A DNA stretch of 64,000 bases. Source: the human T2T-CHM13v2.0 reference genome, Homo sapiens. Below the pieces are notes generated by a model. The model ran no database searches. It was given only the letters and a program-made list of their open reading frames with translations, and was not told the DNA's origin. The stretch lies in assembly GCF_009914755.1 (NCBI RefSeq), contig NC_060935.1; one strand, written 5' to 3'. Positions 12,400 to 26,470 of this stretch are shown here, piece by piece (position 1 is the stretch's first letter; the number at the start of each line of letters is the position of its first letter). Made by a program: the position numbers and the translations under genes.

Positions 12400-14260
12400 A
12401 AAATTTCCAGAAATTATAAAAGTCACATTTCTTCTTATTGACAAAGCATAAAAAACTTAAAGTAATTAAAATGAAAACAATCCACAAGAGATTTATTGCA
12501 GTACAATTTCAAAACCCAAAAACAAAGAGAATATTTCAGATACAATGAGAAAAATCTTATTATAAATAAATCAAAACAATTATACCAGTGCAGATTCATC
12601 AAGTGAAGAACTTAAAATTTAATGTAAAATAACATTTTCCAGTTGCTGAGAGAAAATAATTCTTAATCTAGAATTGTATTTCCTAACCAAAATATGACTG
12701 GAGAATGGAGCAAAAAAATTACCCCAGATATTAGGTATATGACTGTATAAAACTATAGCAATACAGTCTAATTTAGGAGTAAAAATTATTATAAAATACC
12801 TGAAATCTTGACCAAATATAATAAAAATAAAGGTAATAAGAAGATTGAAGTTTAGATGTTCATCATATTACTTTGAAGTAGAGTAACAAAATGTAATAAA
12901 TTTAGACTTCGTTAAATTAAATGACCAGGCTCACATTCATATAATCAAATAAATTTTTAAAATAATAAACACAAATAAGTGTGTGTAACTTTTAAATTTG
13001 TAGAATGAGAAGAAAAATTAATTGTAAATCTCAATTCAATATAAAGCAAAAGGCAGGAATAAAGAAAAATGAAAAGCAGAACAAATAAACAAAATAAAAT
13101 GACTATAAATAAATCAAAATTATCAGTAATTACAATAAGTATAATCAGATATGGTATTATATATATTTTATGTATTAATAATATTATTTAAAAGAGTTCA
13201 TCAGATTAGATTTTTAAAGTCTAGCTATATGCCTATTATAGCCACGCTTTAGCATAAAGAGAAAGGAGTATTTAAATTAAACAAAATGGAAAAAAGGCCA
13301 CAGGCAATTAATATGAAGTGTTTATACTGATATGAGAAAAAGTAAACTTTAAGGTAAAAAATAATATTGTTTGAACTAAAGAGGTTCAAATTGAAATTTA
13401 AAATTTGACTATCATAAGCAGGTACTGATTTAGGAAACAAGTATATAAGGCAAATAACCTACCAAAATTGCAAGACAATATATAAATCTTTTATCAACTT
13501 CAGAAAATTTAACATTTTTCTTTGAATAATTGATGAACCTTGTAGGAATGTAGTAGCTAATCTCAAAGACATATACTGAGCCCTGTACATAACAGTTTAA
13601 GAATATTTTTTCTTCTTAAGCAAAAATTCAAATTGCTTCCAAGCAATTTTTATTCTACAGTCAATGTCCTCTGAACATAATGTAATTATGATTGGATATC
13701 ATTGTCAGAAACATAACTAAAGATAAGACATAAGCTAGAAATTAAGTCATATATTGTTAATAATATATAGTTAACAATGAGATTATAATGGAAATTAAAT
13801 AAACAATAAAATAATTTATTCATTGCAAATTTTTGAGGAACTGCTAAAACTGAATTCATAGTCCTTTCACAGTAATGCTTATGTTTGAAAAAGCCAAAAT
13901 TATTGAGGTATGAATGTAACAGCAGAAGCTAGAAAAGGAAAACAAGCAACCAAAATAAAATAGAAAAAAAGCATGGTAGATACAAAAATAAAGATACAAA
14001 AGAAGGTAATAATAAATTTATTGATGATTATTTGAAGCTGATAAAAATAGACAAATCTTTGTTAACCATGATCAAGAGAAAAACAGATAATGCATATAAA
14101 TAATAATACATGAAAAAGGGACAAAATTGCAGAAACTGCTGTGATTTTTTTTAACTCACAAAGGACTATGCTAACATTTTTGCCAGTAAATTTGGAAACT
14201 TGGATGACATCTACAATAGCTAAGAAAAAAGAAACATCAAACTTATTTTTAAAGAGGCTT
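12400..14260 (+). mobile_element. Highly diverged old L1 (ORF1/ORF2 region)
   Basis: A-rich strand bias with residual motifs such as 'tctagaattgtatttcc' and 'ataaaaatagacaaatctttgttaaccatgatcaagagaaaa'. Confidence 0.6.
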
Positions 14261-14270
14261 ATGTGAGCCT

Positions 14271-16403
14271 ATGAAGCTCTTAAATGTGAGACCTCAAACT
14301 ATAAGAATTCTAGAAGAAAACCTAAGAAATACTATTATAGACATCAACCTTGGGAAAGAATTTCTGACTAAGCTCTCAAAAGCAATTGCAACAAAAACAA
14401 AAATTGACAACGGGGTCCTAATTAAACCAAAGAGCTTTGGTGAAGCAAAATAAACTATCAGCAGATTAAACAGACAGCATTTATAAAGATAAAGGAATAT
14501 TTAAATTAAGGAGTGAGAGAAAATATTCACTAACTACACATCTGACAAAGGTTTAATATCCAGAATCTATAAGGAAGTTAAACAACTTAACAAGCAAAAA
14601 CCAAATAACTCCGTTTAAAAATGGGCAAAAAACATGAACAGACACTTATCAAAAGAAGACTTACAAGCAACCAACAAATATATGAAAAAATGTTTTACAT
14701 TACTAATTATGAGGAAAATGCAAATCAAAACCACCATGAGAGACCCTCTTACAATAGTCAGAATGGCTATTATTAAAATGTCAACAAACAGCAGATGCTG
14801 GTGAGGCTGTGGAGAAAAGGCAATGCTTATACACTGTTGGTGGGAATATAAATTCATTCGGCCTTTGTGAAAAGCAGTTTGGAGATGTTTCAAAGAATTT
14901 AGAACTACTGATACAACAGAGGCAGGAGGCAGAGAAACTCTAGGCAGACGGTGGCAGGTCCCTGACGAAGTCCCACCTTCAAGTCGAAAAGCCTGAAACC
15001 TGTGACCCAAAGTGAGAACTTATATCCCTGTTTTCCCACTCGACTGTTGCCTTTTTCTAAACTGCCTATGGACCACCCGAACGCCCGTCCTGTTCCTATA
15101 AAGACCCTTGGACTCAACTGGAGAGGAGCTGAGAAGTGGCTGGTCATCGGAGAGAAGCGACTTGACTTCAGAGGGATAGTTTGATGGCTTGACTTCAGAG
15201 AAGAGTCCCGCCGGAGACCACCAGACTTGAGGGGAAGATAACCTGCCCTTCCATGCCCTTTCCATTTTCCCTACTCGCTAAGAGCCACTTTCATTGTCCA
15301 GTAAAATCCTCCACATTCACCATCCTTCAATTCGTTCATGCAACATAATTTTTCCTGGGCACTAGACAAGAGCTTGGGAGCCATGAGTGTGGATACCCCA
15401 AAAAAGGCTATCATACTGGCCCTTTGCCCTCGATGGCAGAGGGCAGCTGCACCACATGACAAGGCAAAGGGCCCACTGAACTGTTAACACTTAAGCCATC
15501 CACGGATGGCCGAGCTAAAAGAGCACTGTAACATGCCCTTTGAGGTTTGGGGGTCTCAGGCACCCCAAGCTGGATGCTGCCATGGGCCGGCATGGAGTTT
15601 GCTCCTGCCGCTGCCTAAAAGTAGCCAGCTGGATCCTGTGCTAGTTCATCTACTTGCTCCCTCCCACAAGGGGTTGAGTGTGGCAAACCGAGTAAATGGA
15701 GTTTGTTCCTCCCAGAGCCTTAAAGTGCTCGCTCCAGTTCCTGCAGTCTTTCGCTCACATGCTCCCTCCTGCGAGGGTTAGACAGGGGCAGGCTGAGTAA
15801 ATGAGGCGCCCTTGTCGTGAGTCCCATGAAGCAGTCAAGAAAATATCATGCTTCACTACTGTTTGACCCAGCAATCCAATTACTAGGCATATATTCAAAA
15901 ATAAATAAATCATCTTAACAAAAAGATACATGCACTCCCATGTTCCTTGCAGCCCTATTTACCACAGCAAAGACATGAATCAACCTGGTTGACCCTCGAG
16001 TGTGGATTAAATAAAGAACATGTGGTACATATATGCCATGGAATTCTATGCAGCCATAAAAAAGAACAAAATCATTTATTTTGCAGCAACACACATACAA
16101 CTGGAGGCCATTATCCTAGGCAAATGAATGCAGGAACAGAAAACCAAATATTGCATATTCTCACTTATAAGTGGGAGCTAACCACTGGGTACTCATGCAC
16201 ATAAAGATGGCAATGATAGAAACTGGGGACTATTAGAGGGGGTGGGGAAGGAAGGGAACAAGGTTTTCAAAGGTATTAGGTACTATGCTCAATACCTGGG
16301 TGATGGAATCATTCGTACACCAAACTTCAGCATCATGCAATATACTCAGTTAACAAATCTGTACATGTACTCCCTAAATCTAAAAGAAAATTTTAATTAA
16401 AAA
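14271..16403 (+). mobile_element. 5'-truncated L1PB-like element, split by an LTR
   Basis: ORF2 3' part ('ctagaagaaaaccta', 'gaaaatgcaaatcaaaaccacc') continues after the LTR as 'gtttgacccagcaatcc'; PB-type 3' UTR 'cagcatcatgcaatatac'. Confidence 0.9.
14909..15855 (+). mobile_element. Solo ERV1 LTR (LTR1/LTR28-like)
   Basis: TG...CA ends; 4-bp TSD ctac at 14905-14908 and 15856-15859; start 'tgatac...ggaggcagagaaactctaggcagac' typical of the LTR1 family; GC-richer than flanks. Confidence 0.85.
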
Positions 16404-16670
16404 GTATGTAAAGCTTATAAATTTAAAATACGTTTAATCAGTGGGAGAAAAAATAAACTATTGCAACAACGATTTCATATTATTTCAGTGCTGGGTTTTA
16501 GCAAACATTTGATAAAAATATATTTTCAATTTTATATAAAGATTTCCAAAGAATAAAAAAGAAGGAATATTGTCAAAATTACTTCATAATACTACAATAA
16601 TCTTAATTGTAATGTAAGACAATAATAACATGATAAAAAATATAGACCAACAACATCCACTAAAAATTGA

Positions 16671-16996
<326 letters not shown>

Positions 16997-17059
16997 AACG
17001 TGAAACCTTAAATATAATATTGCCCAGCAAAATTCAGCTATGGAATGAAATTATATCAA

Positions 17060-17065
<6 letters not shown>

Positions 17066-17102
<37 letters not shown>
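17066..17102. repeat. (TG)n microsatellite
   Basis: About 18 perfect units. Confidence 0.98.
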
Positions 17103-17104
<2 letters not shown>

Positions 17105-19058
17105 AAATTTTGGCTTTTAACTAGAAATTGTATAATGTCATTCACCAAAGTATCAGTTTAAAAGAGACAAAAATATTTAGTCATGTCAATAGATTCAGAA
17201 AAATGATTAATACCCATTTATAATTTAAATTAAAATAATTCTTAATAAACAAATAGTGCAAGAGAACATTTTTAACTTCATAAATGGAAATTTCCCAATA
17301 TCTCCACAAATATAATATTGATAGATAAAAATTTTAAAGCATTACCTTTAGATCCTGGAATCAGATAAGGATATTGTTATCACTATCTCTAGTCAACATT
17401 GTGCTAAGAGTTCTATCCAGGGTTATAAACATAAAAGTTCTAAGAATTGAAAATTGAAGGAATAAACTGTCATTCCACTCAGACATATGATAACCTACTT
17501 ACAAGAAAATATTCATAAATACAATCATATATGTGATTAAGCTTTGCACTACAATTGCTTAATATGAAAACAATATTCAAAAACAATGATGGCTAAGGTG
17601 TGGAGATGCAGTTCTGTTACGTTCTGTTACGGCACCGTGAGCCCACTACTGCCCAACCCTCTCACTAACTACAGCTAAAAATCATGGACAAAATAAAAAA
17701 AAATTAAAACAATAACAACAACAACTACCTAGGACTAGGAAAATAAGTACAAGCAGATGGACTGTGAGGGAAATTTAGAACTCAAAGAAGTAATCCACAT
17801 AAATTAAAATTTCCTACTCATTTTTTCTCTCCTGGCTTTGCCCTCAATGTGAATCCCAGTCCAAAGTAACACAGTGTCCTGGCATTCTAACTGTCTGATA
17901 AAAGACTCAAGTTTCTGATTAGAAGAATGAGAAAAAATGCGACCTCTGCAGGCAGAACCCTTTTTTAACTGCTGAGCTGCACATGGGACAGAACCCAACC
18001 TGTGTAACAATGGCTTAGATAACTGAACTGAGATTTGAACTATCATCCAGAGTGCGAGAAATGATTTGCTGTCTAAACCTAACCAGGCTGAGAAACAAAA
18101 ACTTCTACGTTGTACAGAGGCATATGACAAGACCCCAGATCTACACAGCATAATCTTCACAATATCCAGGGCATGATCCAAAATTATTAATCATTCAGAG
18201 AACTAGGGATCTGATTTTCTAAAGCTAAGACCATCAAAGAATACCAACCCCCCAAAAATTTAGATAGAGAAACTATCAGACGATGACTTTAAACAACTAT
18301 TGTAACTATGCTTCATGACATAAAAGAAAACCTAATTTTTAAACGAATGAAAAACTATCTAAATAGTCCTTTATTTATTTTTAAAATGAAGTTATTATCA
18401 AACCCTTTTCTCCCAAAACACTAGCCTCATATAATTTTAGCTAGTGAGCTCTATCAAGCACTCAGAGAAGAAATTACATTTTTTCAAAGCATGACAAAGA
18501 CATATAAAAATTATAAATCCATATTCTTCACAAATTTAGATGGAAAAAATAATTTAAAATGTTAACATTTAATCCAATAATATATAGGACAATACATCAT
18601 AAACAATTAAGGTTTATGAAAGGTTAGTTCAACATTAAAAATTAGTTCTGTAATGTAGCCTATCAATGGAATAAAGAAGAAACAATTATCATTTCAATAA
18701 GTGCATAAAAATTATTTGCAAAAGTTCAACAATTATCATGATTTTAAAAACGCAGCAAACCAGGAATTCCTCAAACCGACAAAAATCACCTGGAAAAAAA
18801 ACTACAGTCAACACTATACTTAATGATAAACAACTGAAATGTTTGCCTTTGAGATTGGAAATAAGGTGAGAATTCCTGATTTTATCATTTAAATAAATAA
18901 TCAGATTGAAAAGAAATAAGCAAAACTGTTTCTATAAAATAAGATAATCTAATTGTTTACATAGAAAATCTCAAGGAATCTATAAAACAATTATTAGAAC
19001 TAATAAGCAAATTTAGGAAGTTCATAAGATGAAAAGTTAATAAACAAAAAGTAATTGT

Positions 19059-19061
<3 letters not shown>

Positions 19062-19099
<38 letters not shown>
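19062..19099. repeat. (CA)n microsatellite
   Basis: About 19 units. Confidence 0.98.
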
Positions 19100-19102
<3 letters not shown>

Positions 19103-19329
19103 GGACAACAGAACACTGAAAAACTTTTTAAAAAACATATAAAATACCTAAGAATAAATCTACCAAAAATGTCTAAGATTTCTACACTTAAAATTATAAA
19201 AGTTCACTGAGATAAAGAAGATCTAACTAAATAAAATGACTTAACATGGGTATGGATTGAAAGACCCAACAAAATTCCAATTACAATTCCATCAATTCCA
19301 TCAGGAGTTTTTATAGAAATTGGCAAACT

Positions 19330-19699
<370 letters not shown>

Positions 19700-20229
19700 T
19701 TATGTAAAAATGTAGAGTTCAGAATAAATAAACCAACTTTAAGAGGAACAAAGTTGGAGCACTTACTGTACCTGGAGTCAAGTTTTACTCTTAAAAGCTA
19801 TAGTAATCAAGACATTTGGTATTCATACAAATACACATATAGATCAATGTTACAGAAAAGAGAAAGAAGAAATAAACCCATACATACTAATTTAACTAAT
19901 TTTCAACAAAGATGTCAAGGCAATTGAATGGGGAAATATGTATTTTTCTGTTTTAGAGTCCCTTTTGAAGCTCTGTATTCTCTCCAGGTTTTTGCTAACC
20001 TTCAGCATGATTTTGAGAAGTATTTTTAACCATCTCCTCTATTATTGGAGCCTACATCTTTGCATTTACTATTAATAATTCCTCCCTACTTTTGGTGAAG
20101 TATGTATATTTTTAGGAGGAGTGTTTTATATATATATACGTATATATATGTGTGTGTGTATATACACACACACACACACAAACACACATATACCCATATA
20201 TTTGTTATATGGGTTTCTTTCTTGAAAGT

Positions 20230-20660
20230 TTAAATATCTCTAATTGTCCATCAAGCAAATTGTGGTATATCCACGTGATATATTATATGGTATATTCATA
20301 TGACATCAACTATGCAGAAACAAAAATGATTGAAACTGAATAACATGAATGAATCTTAGATATTGTTGTGAAAAAAATGTGATAACAAAACATTCTATCT
20401 CTATTAAGTTCAAAACCAGGAAAACCTAATTTATCCTGATCAGAAATTTTATCAGTGATTCTCTGTGTCAGAGGTGGCATGGAAATGATCAGCTGCAGAG
20501 GGATGAAAGAGCACTTTCCAGGGGACAAAAATTCTCTACATCTTGACTAGGGTGCTGGCTACACAACTGTCTGCATTTTTAAAAGGCATTGACCTACATA
20601 TTCAACCTGCTTAAATTTCATTATATGCAGATTATATCTCAATATAGTTGATTAAAAATT
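20230..20660 (+). mobile_element. Old L1 (L1MC/MD/ME-type) 3' end
   Basis: 'aaattgtggtatatccac...gaatgaatcttaga...ttcattatatgcagattatatctcaata'. Confidence 0.65.
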
Positions 20661-20776
20661 GTTTCAAAATGTTTCATTCTGGTATACAGATGTACACTTT
20701 TCTGGTTCTGTCCTACATACACACGTACATACAGACACACACATCTACACACACACATATATATATACATATATAT

Positions 20777-22074
20777 TGTAAACTAAAAATCCTAAGTCAT
20801 TGCTGACTCAGTGGACCCCTTATGGCCAAGGGGACCCCCAAAAAACCTTAAAAACCTAGTTCCCAGCCATATGGGATGACAGGTCAGTTGGGATTCATTA
20901 TAACCCCTCCCTTTTATGGTTTAGGGACAACTGACCAAAATTAATGTTAAAATAAAGATCATAAAACCAACAGAACCTGCTCTTTTTTGCAATAAGATAC
21001 AAAATTATAAACCAGACATTTTGGCAATAAGATACCAAATTATAACAGGCAAGAATTTAAGTCACACATTCTCTACACTTACAGAATAAACCATGTTCTA
21101 ATTGCCACAAGGTCTTTCTTATTCTCTAGCAGCTAAACAAACACTGGCCTTGAGATAAGCAACATTAAAACAATTTGCAGCTCCATCAGATGTTCACTAA
21201 CTGACCGCCAGTCCCTGCTCCACCAGCCACTAACACAGCTTTTATTGGACAAAAGACTGATTACAGTAACTTCCTACAGATAAACAGGACGCCAACCAAG
21301 GACTGGTTCTGGCCATTTTACAGAGATTGTGCACTTGCATGCCTTTGTGGCCTAAAACGATGTTGTGACATATAGGGTGATATGTTTTGGCTCTGTGTCC
21401 CCACCCAAATCTCCTCTCAAATTGTAATCCCACACTTTGAGGGAGGGACCTGGTTGAAGGTGACTGGATCATGGGGTCAGTTTCCCCCATGCTGTTCTGG
21501 TGATATTGAGGGAGTTCTCATGAGATTTGATGGTTTTAAAAGTGGCAGTTTTCCCTGTGATCTCTCTCTCCTGCCTCCACGTATAATGGCCTCGCTTCTC
21601 CTTTGCCTTCTGCCATGATTGCAAGTTTCTTGAAGCCTCCTCAGCCATGTGAAACTGTGAGTCAATTAAACCCCTTTTGTTTAGAAATTACCCAGTCTCA
21701 GGTAGTATATTTGTAGCAGTGTGAAAACAGACTAATACATAGGGCCTAATTGTAATACATTTAAATGTTAAGTCTACACCTGAAAGTAAACATGGGTTGT
21801 ATGTTACATGCATGTTTTTTCAATATGCATGTGTCAGGACCACCTTTATGAATATTCATAGCTCCTCCTGTAACCTGTTGAGTATGTATGTTTAGCCAAC
21901 CTGTTCAGCATAAAATTCCTATTCCAACCTTTTCTTCTTCAAAGTAACTGTTTCTGATCTTGGCTAGAGGCTGTTCCCCAGCCTGCAGGATGGCCACCTT
22001 GTAGACTGTAATCCTTCAGGAGAAATAAAGTTTCTCTCTCCTTTACAAATTTGTAGATCTTGATATTTTAAGTT
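20777..22074 (+). mobile_element. MER49-like ERV1 solo LTR, split by THE1D
   Basis: Start 'tgtaaactaaaaatcctaag...ggccaaggggacccc'; resumes after the insert as 'tagggcctaattgtaatacatttaaatgttaag'; AATAAA near 22024. Confidence 0.8.
21378..21739 (+). mobile_element. THE1D-like MaLR solo LTR
   Basis: 'tgatatgttttggctctgtgtccccacccaaatctc...aacagactaataca'; 362 bp; perfect 5-bp TSD taggg at 21373-21377 and 21740-21744. Confidence 0.92.
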
Positions 22075-22360
22075 GTTTTTTTTTTTCTTGTTTTCTATTG
22101 AGATGGCATCCCTCTGTGTCGCTCAGGCTGGAGTGCAGGGCACAATCATGTCTCACTGGAGCCTCAACCTCCCAGGCCCAAGCCATCCTCCCACCTCAGC
22201 CTCCTGAATAGCTAGGACTACAGGCATGTGCAACCACACTGAGCTAATTTTTTAAACTTATTATACAGATAGGGTCTCACTATGTTGCCCTGGCCTGTCT
22301 CAAATTCCTGAGCTCAAGTGATCTTCCCTGCTCAGCTTCCCAAAGTGCTGAGATTATGGA
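22075..22360 (-). mobile_element. AluJ-type
   Basis: J-type features 'gcctcaacctcccagg..caagccatcctcccacctcagcc' and 'gggtctcactatgttgccc'. Confidence 0.9.
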
Positions 22361-22551
22361 CACACCCCTACACCTATCTGATCTGATTTTTAAAAATTAA
22401 CGATATATAGTTATATAACTTTTTCTGCATATACATATATATGTAGAAAAGAACTAGAAAAAGTATATCTGTGCAGTAGAATGAAATTAATAATAATATG
22501 CACTTATTTTAGTGTGTACAATTTGATGTTTGTGTGTGTATGTATATATAT

Positions 22552-22589
<38 letters not shown>

Positions 22590-22808
22590 GTACACATAAA
22601 ACTATGGCTACCAATCTAAATAATAATCATTTCTACTTCACCATGGTAGTAACATCATTAGTCTGTCCTAAATGTCTGTCTTTGTTTCTTTTTTGACCTG
22701 CACTGGTTTACTTCAAGGATATCTGAAACTACTTTTTCTCCTTTCCCCCTACACATGGACAGCAAATCCTATGCTCACTGGCTCTACCTTCTGCTTTGCT
22801 TGTTTCAG

Positions 22809-22841
22809 AGCTAGTCCATCAGGCTCTAAATTTTTAAACGT
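22809..22841 (+). other. Candidate 33-nt internal exon
   Basis: Acceptor 'ctaccttctgctttgcttgtttcag|' with upstream 'tgctcac' branch-like motif; donor 'cgt|gtaagt'. Confidence 0.3.
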
Positions 22842-23154
22842 GTAAGTTTCAGAATCACAGAAATCTTAGAAGATATTGAACAGCTAAAGCTTTGAAGCAA
22901 CGAGACTTTAGATCCTCTCTCCTCATTCCTATTTTCCTCATCATATCAACCTTTTTAAGAAGCAGAAGAATGATGAAAGAGATGGGGCCAACACTCTCAG
23001 AGGTGGGTTGTGGCAAAGCGTAATGTAGAATTTAGATTCTATATCTCTCAGCCCCTCTGCTCATTCCACCTCATCTGGCTTCAATCCCAGCTTCTTGTTC
23101 TTGTTTTATTTCCCTTCTGCTGTTTCTTTCTTTGAGTTGCATTTCTGGTGCCAG

Positions 23155-23311
23155 GTGAGAAAAACAGCTGAGCACTGTGGAGGCGGAAGATACAGAGAGC
23201 TCCATTGCAGCCACAGTGATGGATGGCATCGATAGAGAAAATCCCACAAAAGAGCTTGACTTTTCTCATGAATCTGCAGTTTCTTCCGAAAAAGTGAAAT
23301 TTTATCAAATG
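23155..23311 (+). ncRNA. Candidate exon of a spliced transcript (contains a short ORF)
   Basis: Long pyrimidine-rich tract then 'ccag|'; purine-rich unique body; donors 'atg|gtaaag' (23311) or 'aaa|gtaaga' (23316). Confidence 0.4.
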
Positions 23312-25035
23312 GTAAAGTAAGACAACTGTTTCCTCCAGCAGTGACTTCTATATAGGTCAAAATGACACTGAATCGGACCTGAGACAAATTCCTCATAGAA
23401 TAGGTCTTAGTTAAATTCTGATTTCAGTTTTTTAGTCTTTAGAATAGAGATTAGTTATGTATGATTAGTACTTTTAAAAGTTGTCTACATCTCAATATCT
23501 GGGAGGATGTGAAAAGATCATTGATTCACTTGTCAGCAATTATTTACTGCCTATTATGTGCTAGGCACATTGCTGGGCTCTAACATTGTTAATATGTGGG
23601 CCACAGAGCACTATAGCTAAATTCTGGTGTATGCGCCTCCGAGTTCTGGGAAATATTTCTTATTGGATTGACATTTCTTAAGAGGAAAATGGCACACAAT
23701 TATTAACTATCATTAAGTATTGTTGCTAAAGCCAATATCTGAACATCTGCAAGATGAACATCTGCAAGATGACTGGCACGTGACAAGGACATCAGTGATG
23801 CTTCATGGTTTCTGGGTAATGTCTCAGAGGACTTATAGATGATCATATCTAGAGATCGCTTATCAACTTAGTGGAAATATTGACAGAAGCATGATGAAAA
23901 ATATTGCATATATTTCTTAAAATGAAGTTATGTAGAAACAACAGTGAACTCTAAATGATAAACAGTAACTCTAGTTTTTACATGTTGACATTTCAAAAGC
24001 AACCTATTTGTTTAAACTTGTCTCATTTGAGCCTTCTAGCACATTTAACTCAAGTTGAAAATATCCTAACAGCCAAAGAAACATTAATCAAGAGGGCTAA
24101 TTTATCTTGTGGACAAGTCTGACCCTGCTATTTGATGTACTAACAATTCTCTATAAGGATAGTTGCTACACAATATCCATTATGGCAGAAACCTGGCTAC
24201 CAGAACCAATTTGCTCATTTGAATAAGATTTCAGAGCCTGAAATCATCTCGCCTGACCTATACTTTTTTTTAATTACACAGTTGAGACCCAGAAAAGTTA
24301 TCTGTAGACTTCAGCCTTTGCAAAAAAATGGAAGGTGTGTATTTTCTAAGAAGGTGGTTGGGTTAGCAAACACACACCATAGATACAAATTGAGTTCTTG
24401 CTTTTTGTGCTTTCCTTCTTTCTCTTTCTTTTCTCTTCCTCTATCTCCATCTCTCTCTCCTTGTGTCCTTCTCCTCTCCTTTCTTTCCATCATAGCTTGT
24501 ACCTTGTTTCAAAAATAACTTTTTGGCTTATATTTTAGTAGAACAGTATGAAAATGGTATCAGGACAACAAAATATATAAATGCAAAACACTACAGTTTG
24601 TGTCACCTAGGGTAGTTACAAATGTTACTGAAAGAGATTTTCTATCATTTATGGCTATTATTTAAGATTGCATTTTGACATTTTTTTCAAATGCTAACAG
24701 CTTGCAAACCATTACTGTGTCAATAATATAAGCTGAATTTTAAAACACAGAAAAGAAAAAAAGGGGGCATTCACTGAGTTCTTTGGATCTCCCTTTAAAG
24801 CAAAAATAGACAAGAAATAAAGCAAGGCAGAAACTTCCTACAAATTTATAAGCAATTGGGGTCAGACTTTTATTAATGATACATAAGTGAGGTATTTCAG
24901 AATATTTTTATAAAACAGAGAAAACAAATTTTGAGACATGAATTCAAAAGCCTCCTGAAAAAATAAAACCAGATTATTTTGGTTTAGCTATCCACTCCTC
25001 TGCTAATACACACTACCAGCCCTACGCTGTATCTT

Positions 25036-25100
25036 TTCCTTCCTTCCTTCCTTCCTTCCTTCCTTCCTTCTTTCCTTCCTTCCTTCCTTCCTTCTTTCCT
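25036..25100. repeat. (TTCC)n tetranucleotide repeat
   Basis: Direct observation. Confidence 0.95.
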
Positions 25101-26289
25101 TTCATTCCTCCTCTCTCAATTTCTTGCTGTCACTCTTATTCTCCTTATAGTAGGAGATTTTAAGCTTTGTATCATTCTGTACTTCATACAGAAGCTGAGC
25201 ATTATATAAATCTGTGAAATGCAGTTGATAAATAACAGCAAGATCCTTAGAGGTAACAAGATGGAATCAGTTCATCCCAAACACTTCAATGTCCAGCTTC
25301 TCAGGAAAATAATTGGGTTCTGACTTTGCAAATGAGCACCATCCCTAGTTATAATTGACTACTTCTTCCTAGCATAGATAAGCAGTCCAAGAATTTGAGA
25401 TGATGCTCAGCATATGAGTGTTTCTTTGCCTATAGCACTAGGAAAGAAATTATAAGGCTTGGAAGTTATGACCCTTAATTTATAGACCCAGGCACCAAGT
25501 TAAGAGGTCAGCCACCTTGGAGTTATTAAAATCAAATATATCATTAAGGCAATCTCATACTCTTCCAACAGGTAACTTTAGTTGGCCCTGGAGAAAGAGA
25601 GAAGGTGGGAAAGAGAAAATGGAAAAGCAAAAGGAAGGAATATTAGCAAAGATAGCATAGGGGCACAGCACAAATTGAAATTAAAATTCCCAATTAATGC
25701 ACAGGCATGATGTTAGAGTATATATGAAAGAGATAAATTGGATTATACATACTCTCACTGAAATTTAACACCCTCAATCAGAAGTACCTCTTCTTACCCC
25801 TTTGACATTTTCTACATTTCATAGTTTGCTATTCTCTTGGTTTTTCCACTTCATTATAATGTTTGAGGCATCTTTTTTGTTTAAAAAAAGAGAAAAGTAT
25901 CTTTGAACTTCACCTTGAGCTTTTCATAGGAAAAATAAGAGAGAACTCAATGGATATGCTAAATAAGCACTGCTGGAGTGAGCAGCTTAAGGCTGTGCCC
26001 CCAAACTTCAACTGCATAAGCCTTTCTTCAGATAAATCACAAATTAATGCAGTTCTTTCTCAAGTGGATAAGCTTATGTCTATATTTTAATGTTATATAT
26101 ATTTTCTTTACCTTTATGAATTCGTTCTCTTTTTTAAAACAGAATAGAGTTTTTAATTCATTAACTTGATAAACTTTTAAAAATCATTTCTGAGTCTGGA
26201 TCCCCGATGAGCTAATTCTCAATGCAAACATGCTTTTCCTAAACCCTTTTATTGAAGATTCAGGAATGTCTATGCAAGTGACACACTTT

Positions 26290-26470
26290 AGGGAGAGACA
26301 AGTCTCAGTTGCAAGCCTTGCCTTTTATTAATTATTTGAATTTAGATATGTTATTTAACTTTGTTAGGTACATTTTGTTCTCATCTATAATATGTAGTAT
26401 TAAATCAGCTCACCTCATGGTGTTGCTATAAAGACTAACAAGGCAGCACCTCCGCATAGCAGTCATTAAA
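26290..26470 (+). mobile_element. MIR SINE (diverged)
   Basis: 'atgttatttaactttg...ttctcatctataa...cacctcatggtgttgctataaagactaa'. Confidence 0.5.

Noticed and set aside
14615-16204. Cluster of overlapping ORFs in a GC-richer stretch
   Set aside because: They lie within the L1PB and the LTR1-family LTR; there is no coherent gene structure.
23081-23396. Minus-strand 75-aa and 96-aa ORFs over the candidate exon
   Set aside because: No recognisable protein features; splice signals and composition favour the plus strand.
23740-23772. Short tandem duplications (tgaacatctgcaaga x2; others near 9702, 17610, 20990, 30680, 31492, 48632)
   Set aside because: Ordinary slippage micro-duplications with no evident function.
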